Shown: piece after piece, positions 57,290-64,000 of the stretch
Layout: each line of letters starts with the position of its first letter
Position numbering within the stretch: the stretch's first letter is position 1
The notes under the pieces: generated by a model
Seen by the model: only the letters and a program-made list of their open reading frames with translations
What the model was told of the DNA's origin: nothing
The model's database searches: none
Position numbers and translations under genes: made by a program
Source: a virus
Lineage: Duplodnaviria; Caudoviricetes
Strand: one strand, 5' to 3'
Virus record (IMG/VR): IMGVR_UViG_3300017963_000281
Coordinates: 238 to 64,237 of that record
DNA: 64,000 nucleotides

Positions 57290-57349
57290 AACCACTTTAG
57301 TCCTTAGTATCCCAGAAATGGGGGCAAACTATGATCAAGGAGAAATATC

Positions 57350-58330
57350 ATGATTAAGGAACGTAACTTAGATCCAAGCCTGAAGTCGTCAATCCAGGGC
57401 ATCTCGATGCCCGGAGCAGCCAAAAAGTTGTATGTTTGCAAGGATGGGGCGCAGCCCTACACCTACTGGAGAGACCGGGTTCCGGAGGCGAATATTTTCG
57501 CCAGTCCGTCCTCAGGTGCAAGCACCGCTATCGCAGCCGCCCACTCAGCCGCCACCAGCGGTCGGAATGATGTCGTCCACTTGTCTCCGGACAGCCATAC
57601 CCTGGGTGCAGCGGTGACATGGTCCAAGAACATGACCCACCTGATCGGCATGTATCCCGAGAGCATGATGAACCAGCGCTCCCGGATTGGGCATAATGCC
57701 AACCTGGCCACCATGATGACCGTTTCCGGGTATGGAAACCTGTTCGCCAATCTGTATTTCATGTATGGCCGGGATGACAGCTCGAACCTGAACCTGCTCA
57801 CCGTGTCCGGTGATCGCAACTCTTTCCATAACTGCCATTTCGGTGGACCGTTCCATGCGACCGTAGGCGACCAGGCAGGGTTCGACTTGGTCCGTCTGAA
57901 TTGCGGCGAAGTCTACTTCAAGAACTGCACTTTTGGAGCCGAGACGATCGCCTGGACCAACGGCGACATGATCCGGGCCTACGGTGGATCCGATCGAAGC
58001 CTCCGGGCGATATTCGAAAACTGCATCTTCCTGATGCGGGCGGACAATAACCAGGTCAACTTCTTTGAGACCATTGCCGGGACCGGCAACTCCTTTGTGA
58101 TCTTGAAGAATTGCATGCTGCTGAACCTGGGCACCGCCCTCACCGTCGGGATTGACAATACCGGTGTAGGGACCGCTGTCGATTTTATCCAAGACGTCAA
58201 CACGATGTGGCATGGCGTTACCGACATCATCGCAGCCGCCAGTGAGGCCGCCGTTATCCTGGGCCATGGCAACTATGTCGCTGCCGCGACAGCCAATGGC
58301 ATCGCAACGACCTTTGACCATACTGCCTAA
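57350..58330 (+). CDS. Beta-helix (pectin-lyase-like) virion protein, possibly head fibre
   Basis: Repeating F.NC.F motifs; follows the capsid gene. Confidence 0.7.
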   Translation: MIKERNLDPSLKSSIQGISMPGAAKKLYVCKDGAQPYTYWRDRVPEANIFASPSSGASTAIAAAHSAATSGRNDVVHLSPDSHTLGAAVTWSKNMTHLIGMYPESMMNQRSRIGHNANLATMMTVSGYGNLFANLYFMYGRDDSSNLNLLTVSGDRNSFHNCHFGGPFHATVGDQAGFDLVRLNCGEVYFKNCTFGAETIAWTNGDMIRAYGGSDRSLRAIFENCIFLMRADNNQVNFFETIAGTGNSFVILKNCMLLNLGTALTVGIDNTGVGTAVDFIQDVNTMWHGVTDIIAAASEAAVILGHGNYVAAATANGIATTFDHTA

Positions 58331-58399
58331 CATCTAAACCCTATGCAACAACGGCGAGGGGCCTCGTGCCTCTCGCCGATTATCAAAGGAGGTGGAGAC

Positions 58400-58723
58400 A
58401 TGGCAGGCATTAGGATCGTTTGCCCTAACTGCAACCGCAATTTTTATCACGACCAGTACCAGTTGTGCCCGAATTGTGGGTGGGATCGGTTTGATGTCGA
58501 TGGGAACCTAAAATTTTTTGAACAGGCCCTGGAAAATGCTAAGGCCAGAATCGATGATCTCGAGTCACGACTTGAGATGGTCCCGGGCCCAGCCTTTGAG
58601 GATCTCTCAAGCCTCAATGTGGGCCAGCTGAGGCCGATGGCAAGAGACCTTGGGGTCGACAGATGGTATCAGCTCAATAAAAACAATCTGGTCAAGGCAA
58701 TACAGGAGCAGCTCGTTGCTTAG
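58400..58723 (+). CDS. Zn-ribbon plus Rho-N-like domain protein
   Basis: CPNC twice; LSSLNVGQLRPMARDLGV.....NKNNLVKAI. Confidence 0.75.
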   Translation: MAGIRIVCPNCNRNFYHDQYQLCPNCGWDRFDVDGNLKFFEQALENAKARIDDLESRLEMVPGPAFEDLSSLNVGQLRPMARDLGVDRWYQLNKNNLVKAIQEQLVA

Positions 58724-58727
58724 CCGG

Positions 58728-59420
58728 ATGATATTTGCGCTGGGTACTGGACGATGCGGGACCTACACGGCCTTCCGGATCCTCGAGGCACAAAAGGATG
58801 TGGCTGCCTCTCATGAGGGATTCCCGCTTCCATGGAAGAGGGACCTGCCCATGCTCTGGTATCTGTTTGTAAACGCCCAGGCCAGGTGCGAGGCCAAGAT
58901 CCTGGCCAACAGTTCTTTTGTTTGGCTGAACTATACCGGGGCAATCATGGGCCATATCCCGGATCCCAAGTTCATCTGTCTGAAAAGGCCTCGCGAGCAG
59001 GTCGTCAATAGCTTTTGCAAGCATACTCCGAACCTTAACCACTGGACCGATCCCGAATCATTGCACTGGGATCCAAACCAGGACACTCACGCGGTGACCG
59101 CGGCGAAGTGGCCAAAATACGATTTACCAAAGGCGGAAGCCATCGGTGCCTATTGGGATGAGTACTATGCCAAGGCCGAGTACCTGCAGAGCAGGTATCC
59201 CGGAAACTTCCGGATATACAATATGCTCGACGTTCTTAACACCGAAGCCGGCCAGAGGGACATGCTCTCTTTCGCCGGTTTCGCTGAAAAGGACCAGCGC
59301 CTATACCTGAATCGCAAACTCAACGCCCTGGGCAAACCCAAGGGGCACCTAAACCCGGAGGACGATTATGTATACCCCAAGCCGATCATTCTTGAGGGAG
59401 CTCAAACACCTGGACCGTAA
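58728..59420 (+). CDS. Sulfotransferase-family protein
   Basis: LGTGRCGT (5'-PSB-like), SHE, FICLKRPREQVVNS (3'-PB-like). Confidence 0.8.
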   Translation: MIFALGTGRCGTYTAFRILEAQKDVAASHEGFPLPWKRDLPMLWYLFVNAQARCEAKILANSSFVWLNYTGAIMGHIPDPKFICLKRPREQVVNSFCKHTPNLNHWTDPESLHWDPNQDTHAVTAAKWPKYDLPKAEAIGAYWDEYYAKAEYLQSRYPGNFRIYNMLDVLNTEAGQRDMLSFAGFAEKDQRLYLNRKLNALGKPKGHLNPEDDYVYPKPIILEGAQTPGP

Positions 59421-59817
59421 CCTTGGCTGTAAGTATGAGCCCGGGCACGAGCACTTTGTCATAACCTACAACCGGCCGCATGGCGGAGACGTTCCAATCA
59501 TGCTGATAGAGGGCATGGAGGGAGAGTTCAGATATCCCAACATGCGGGACATCCAAACCCTGCAGCAGGCCGATACCCATCGGGTACCGCTGAAGGAGCG
59601 GATGCAAAAGAACGCCTTCTATTTTGAGGAGACCAGGCGCAAGCAGCGCGAGCGGTCCCGGGATGAGTTCCGGCAGCGCACCCTCGAGGACCGCCGGCAG
59701 CTGATGCCAAGGTTTGCCAAGATGGCCAACGAGGCCGGTAAACACAATTCGACTTTCCGGCGGGTGGAGCTGAAGCAGCGAGGAAAGACGATAGAGCAGA
59801 TCCAGAGAGGTGCATGA
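59368..59817 (+). CDS. Hypothetical protein
   Basis: GGAGG RBS. Confidence 0.7.
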   Translation: MYTPSRSFLRELKHLDRNLGCKYEPGHEHFVITYNRPHGGDVPIMLIEGMEGEFRYPNMRDIQTLQQADTHRVPLKERMQKNAFYFEETRRKQRERSRDEFRQRTLEDRRQLMPRFAKMANEAGKHNSTFRRVELKQRGKTIEQIQRGA

Positions 59818-60377
59818 TGAAGGTTAGCCTATATGCATTGATGGAGAATGTCATAAAGCCGGTCATTGGAGACTTTCTGACCAAGGCCCTAACCACAATG
59901 GACTTCTTCCATCATGAGACCCACGAGGGGAGAGCATTCAATCTCACCGGTACCATAACTCTGCCGGCCGGCGGAGTATACGAAATCTTGATAATAACGC
60001 CTGACACGACCAGGTGGATTCATCTCGATAGCTTGTCCGCGGAAAGCGATGCCTCGCTGACGGCCACCTTATACGTTGACAGCTCGAGGACAGATGCCTC
60101 TGGGAACAGGCTGACACCATCGAACCGAGATTTTAATAGTGCCAACACGACGGTGGCCACTTTATGTCATACACCAGGCGGATCCGGAGACGGAACTCAG
60201 AAGTGGTCAAAAACGGTGGCTGCTGATCACCCTCTTTCTGACGGTGCATCAGTACAGGGCTCAGCTCGCAAGGAATGGATATTAAAACAGAATTCAGCTC
60301 ATCTAATCAAGTTCGAGGGCGCCGAAAACGACGTCATTAATTACGAATTGGACTGGTACGAGCACCAGCCAGACTAA
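59814..60377 (+). CDS. Putative virion structural protein
   Basis: HHETHEG...EWILKQN...WYE; beta-rich; structural module context. Confidence 0.6.
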   Translation: MMKVSLYALMENVIKPVIGDFLTKALTTMDFFHHETHEGRAFNLTGTITLPAGGVYEILIITPDTTRWIHLDSLSAESDASLTATLYVDSSRTDASGNRLTPSNRDFNSANTTVATLCHTPGGSGDGTQKWSKTVAADHPLSDGASVQGSARKEWILKQNSAHLIKFEGAENDVINYELDWYEHQPD

Positions 60378-60491
60378 TGCCAAGCGGGCCGGCCACCCGA
60401 GATAACATAAACTAAAGGCGAGCGAGGGTCGTCGATGAGATCAAATCTGGTTTAATCAATTTAATCCAAACTTGATTGCTAAGAAGGGAGA

Positions 60492-61274
60492 GTGACACCG
60501 ATGGCTATCGTACTTTACAACCCAACAAACGAAGATCTCAGAACCCAGTATGTAGGTGAAGACGTGATCGTCGAAGGCGAGCTCGGAGACTATTACGACG
60601 CGGAAGGCAAGCGAAGGCCTGCCAAATGCAAAGTCCGGGTAGATGACGCCCGCGGCCGGCATGTCCTTAACGTCCTGGGCCCCAGGGGCCTGGTAACCCT
60701 CGAGTACGGTGACGAGGGCGGCGGAGAGGAAAAGAAGGCCGAGCAGGGGCGCCAGCGCAACCATGACTTCAAGTACAAACAGGTTATCGATTTTAACACG
60801 CTCAACGAACAGAGGTTCCAGTCCCGGCTGGCCTATCTCAAACCGAGCGCACAAATCAAGCAATACGCTGCAGAGCTTGGAGTCGAGCTGCGTCAGCCGT
60901 ATGCGGTCGAAGATGCCGCCAAGCGCGATGTCGCCGAGGCCATGACACGGCAAAATGAGCTCCGCGAAGAGCTCAGGGAAAAAGACGCCCAACTCGAAGA
61001 GATGCGCGATCAGATGATGGATTTAACGAACCAGGTCAAGTCTTTGTTGACCGCGGTCGGAAAGCAGACACAAAAGCAGGATGCTAAGGACTCGATCGCC
61101 GGCAAGTGGGCTACGCTGGGCGCCAAGGTCCTTATACCCTGGGCACAAAAACACTGGGAGCAGATCCAGCTGCTGCCCGATGACGACTTCAAAGACCTCA
61201 ACGATCGCTTTGTGAAGGTGTACGGCAAGGGCCTTCCAGGCACCGTCGAGGAGCTGGAGGCCGTCGCGGCATAG
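60492..61274 (+). CDS. Hypothetical coiled-coil protein (head-tail region)
   Basis: 260-aa ORF; alternative ATG at 60501. Confidence 0.7.
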   Translation: MTPMAIVLYNPTNEDLRTQYVGEDVIVEGELGDYYDAEGKRRPAKCKVRVDDARGRHVLNVLGPRGLVTLEYGDEGGGEEKKAEQGRQRNHDFKYKQVIDFNTLNEQRFQSRLAYLKPSAQIKQYAAELGVELRQPYAVEDAAKRDVAEAMTRQNELREELREKDAQLEEMRDQMMDLTNQVKSLLTAVGKQTQKQDAKDSIAGKWATLGAKVLIPWAQKHWEQIQLLPDDDFKDLNDRFVKVYGKGLPGTVEELEAVAA

Positions 61275-61299
61275 GATCGCTCCATAAAAGGAGCGCGAA

Positions 61300-62175
61300 A
61301 TGTCAACATATATTAACGCTCACCAGATCCTGAGCGAGGTTCGAATCGGCCTGGGCGAGTTTAACGAGTCGTTTATGACAGCGGCCGAGAAGCTCAACAA
61401 ACATCGAAACGATGAACTGTTGAGGCAAATCAACCGAGCTCAGGATTTTTTGTATGCGTTTATCGCAAAACGGCAACCGTCCCTGTTTACCAGCAATACG
61501 AGTCTGACGGGAGTCAACTCTGTATTCACCCTTCCGTCTGATTTCGGTAAGGTCAAGCTGTTCCGGGACGATAATGCCCGCAAGGTTTTTAATATCTCAG
61601 AAGATGAGCGCCGGCGATCAGCAGATACCGGAAGCGAGAGACTATACTATCGTCGCGGAAATACGCTGGTGCTCGACAAGTCTGGGGTCACCAAGACCTA
61701 TGACCTGATCTACATCACCAAGCCTCGCCCGATCCATGCCGGGGTGGCCAGCGCCGGCGCTGCCACCTCGATAACCCTTGATTCCAATTACGCCAGGAAG
61801 ATCGCGGACACCTACAACGGGATGACCATCGAGAACATCACCCAGGACTGGGTGGACACTATCGATGATTACACCGCCGCCAGGGTGGCCACGATCTCTG
61901 AGACGGCCGCCAAAAGCGACATCTATGGCCTGGTCTCCGAGCTGCCGGAATGGAGCCACCACCTGATAGCGCCCAGGGCAATCCTGCAGGCCAAGGCCTC
62001 CAGCCCTATCGCCAAAGCGAAGCCAACCAAGGCCGAGATCGACCTGTTTAATGAGGACCTGATCACGACCATGCGCGAGTGGTTGATTCCGGATGAGACC
62101 GAGGTCGACTGGGCCGATATGTTCACCCAGTTTGAGCCTGCTACGGCGCCAGGCGGGATGATAGTAGCGGAGTGA
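61300..62175 (+). CDS. Head-tail adaptor / tail tubular protein A
   Basis: ILSEVR...ELLRQINRAQ...FTLPSDF...ELPEWSHHLI; precedes the nozzle gene. Confidence 0.75.
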   Translation: MSTYINAHQILSEVRIGLGEFNESFMTAAEKLNKHRNDELLRQINRAQDFLYAFIAKRQPSLFTSNTSLTGVNSVFTLPSDFGKVKLFRDDNARKVFNISEDERRRSADTGSERLYYRRGNTLVLDKSGVTKTYDLIYITKPRPIHAGVASAGAATSITLDSNYARKIADTYNGMTIENITQDWVDTIDDYTAARVATISETAAKSDIYGLVSELPEWSHHLIAPRAILQAKASSPIAKAKPTKAEIDLFNEDLITTMREWLIPDETEVDWADMFTQFEPATAPGGMIVAE

Positions 62176-62179
62176 TGCC

Positions 62180-64000
62180 ATGTTAGAGCAGATAACCGAC
62201 GAGAGATCCCAGCCATTTGTTGGGGGCGCGATAACATCGATCGAAAAGGCCCTGCTTCCATTTGGCTCCTTTTCCGACGCCAAGAACATGCGGAACAAGC
62301 ACCCGGGAATGACGCAACGCCCTGGCCAGCGCAAGCTGCATACGACCGCAGATGGGTCCAACCAGGTCCTTAGCCTTTACCAGTGGATTAAGCAGCGGAC
62401 CACCGAACAGCACTTCTATGCCCAAATGAGCGACGGAGATGTGCTCGAGGCCACCAGCAATCCTCCTACGGTGACCACTGGCGCCTTTGGATCCGAGGTA
62501 CATGACGGCAGTAGCGGTCAGGTCCCTGGAAGCTGGGGCAACCTCGATGACATCCTGATATATTCCAATGGCGCCGATGACCACCAGATCATGGGTGGAT
62601 CCACCAGCTACGTCTCTGGATGCGTAGTGTTCAAAGGATCCTCTCTCGTCGCCACGCCGGATGAGGGCTATGATTACAGCGATGAGGTGGGCAATACCAA
62701 TGCCAACAAATATGCCGACCTGGGAAGCCTGGACACCTATGCCAATAGCAACTGTCTGTATGTCCGCACGCCGGTCCCGGTCAAATCCCTTACCTTCACC
62801 CTGTCCCAGCTCAACGTCAACGCGTCGGTGGCCACCGTCTATTATCACAACACGAGCTCGGTATGGGGCGCCGTGTCCGGACAAAGCGACGGGACGGCCT
62901 CCGGAGGCGCGGCCCTGGGCCAGAATGGGACCATATCCTTTACGGCGCCGACTGACATCCAGGAAACATTTGCGTTCGGTGCGTGCGGCTTCTGGTATCG
63001 CATAGGGTTCTCTGCAGCCCTGGATGCGACCGTTAAGATCACTTCAATTACATTTGATTCAGATTTTCAGGCGATCACCAACCTATGGTCCGGGATCGCC
63101 GACTATGCTGTCGAGTGCCGGGTTGAGGGCACCAGCCAGTGGTACGTTTATTCGGCCGGCGCCGTCGATCTGGATGCGATCGAATCCGGGAAAAAGATCC
63201 GGATTGCATCGACGGATCCCCTGGAGGGGATCTATATCGATCCCGGGGCCACGCCAAATGACACCGGGACCTCCCTGGCAACACTCAAGTATCACGACGG
63301 CAGCCAGTTCCAGACGATCGCCCTGGGTGGCGTAGAGGACGGTACCAGCGGCATGAGCCAGGCCGGCTGGATACGATTCCCGCGCCAGGCGGCCAAACCG
63401 GTCCAGCTTGATGCCGGCCTGTACTATGCGTACTGGTACGAGATCACCTGGGACAGCGCGATCGCGGCTGACACCGTCGTGTCAATCCAAGTGATGCCCT
63501 ATTACAGCATCGATGATTTTGGCAACGCCGGCCTGGCAAACTGCATCTGGAAGGACCGGGCCCTGTATGTTTTCGACCGATATTCGAGCTATATCTATGT
63601 CAGCCAGCGACATGGGCATCAGGTGCTCAACGGATCCGACTATGGGATCCTCCAGGCCGGCGACGGTCGGTCTAATAAGATCGTGGCGATGCGTCGGTTC
63701 CACAATGAGCTGATGGTCTGGCAGAGAGAGCTGGGTGTCGAGGGTGGCTGCGTCACCCTGTTTGAGGGCTACTCTCCGGCGACGTTCGGCAAGCTGCTGC
63801 TTTCCAGCCGGCTGGGGGCGATGAACAACAAGTCCGTCGTCGTCATCGATGGCATCAAGGTTGCCACGGCCACCGATGAGACGATCAAGACCCTGGCCTT
63901 CTGGATCTCCCGGGAGGGCATCTGCATGTCGGATGGGCGGACCTGCACGATCATATCCGACGACATTAAAAACTATTTTGACAGCTCCGAAGACGAGTGC
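62180..64000 (+). CDS. Tail nozzle / tail tubular protein B, N-terminal part (runs off window; not in ORF track)
   Basis: Hand translation MLEQITDERSQPFVGG...FSDAKNMR...TQRPG...IISDDIKNYFD with no stop to 64000; propeller-like, follows the adaptor. Confidence 0.8.
   Translation, partial: MLEQITDERSQPFVGGAITSIEKALLPFGSFSDAKNMRNKHPGMTQRPGQRKLHTTADGSNQVLSLYQWIKQRTTEQHFYAQMSDGDVLEATSNPPTVTTGAFGSEVHDGSSGQVPGSWGNLDDILIYSNGADDHQIMGGSTSYVSGCVVFKGSSLVATPDEGYDYSDEVGNTNANKYADLGSLDTYANSNCLYVRTPVPVKSLTFTLSQLNVNASVATVYYHNTSSVWGAVSGQSDGTASGGAALGQNGTISFTAPTDIQETFAFGACGFWYRIGFSAALDATVKITSITFDSDFQAITNLWSGIADYAVECRVEGTSQWYVYSAGAVDLDAIESGKKIRIASTDPLEGIYIDPGATPNDTGTSLATLKYHDGSQFQTIALGGVEDGTSGMSQAGWIRFPRQAAKPVQLDAGLYYAYWYEITWDSAIAADTVVSIQVMPYYSIDDFGNAGLANCIWKDRALYVFDRYSSYIYVSQRHGHQVLNGSDYGILQAGDGRSNKIVAMRRFHNELMVWQRELGVEGGCVTLFEGYSPATFGKLLLSSRLGAMNNKSVVVIDGIKVATATDETIKTLAFWISREGICMSDGRTCTIISDDIKNYFDSSEDEC

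Larger units (their letters stand above)
1..64000. mobile_element. Near-complete, circularly permuted tailed dsDNA phage genome (podovirus-like)
   Basis: TerS/TerL, portal, scaffold, capsid, adaptor, nozzle and ejection-type genes in order; no tape measure, sheath or host housekeeping genes; both window ends appear to lie in the same tail gene. Confidence 0.93.

Noticed and set aside
1-64000. Stop-codon reassignment or tRNA genes
   Set aside because: Genes pack tightly under the standard code with TAA, TGA and TAG all used as stops; no tRNA cloverleaf noticed by eye

Overview
The window is essentially one complete, circularly permuted ~64-kb tailed phage genome with podovirus-like architecture: it ends inside a tail-nozzle-like gene (62180->64000) whose apparent C-terminus opens the window (1-480). 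The + strand carries replication (Cro-like, initiator with iterons, DUF6475, VRR-NUC), packaging (TerS, TerL, portal), head, tail and ejection genes. The - strand (26843-40669) carries early and recombination genes (SSB, SF2 helicase, SbcC/SbcD, putative annealase, many small ORFs). I recognised no integrase, DNA polymerase or endolysin. The main candidate for an undescribed system is the 5154-aa putative ejected polyvalent protein (10916-26380). After an HExxH metallopeptidase, its cargo domains are separated by nine copies of a short [F/Y/A]-S-[V/L]-K motif with different codons, suggesting a self-cleaving effector polyprotein. Cargo: ADP-ribosyltransferase-like, hyper-acidic, non-canonical GGDEF cyclase, Fe-S/GP88-like and two EIQSDW domains. 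The GGDEF module hides an overprinted +1-frame gene with its own RBS. An exported early protein shares a TWRYGSPxD(I/V)RxA motif with a putative ejection protein (possible decoy/superinfection exclusion). An Acb2/Tad1-like sponge, an HD hydrolase, a sulfotransferase, and stand-alone sigma-4 and DnaG zinc-finger domains are also present. All family calls come from motif recognition by eye, not database searches.
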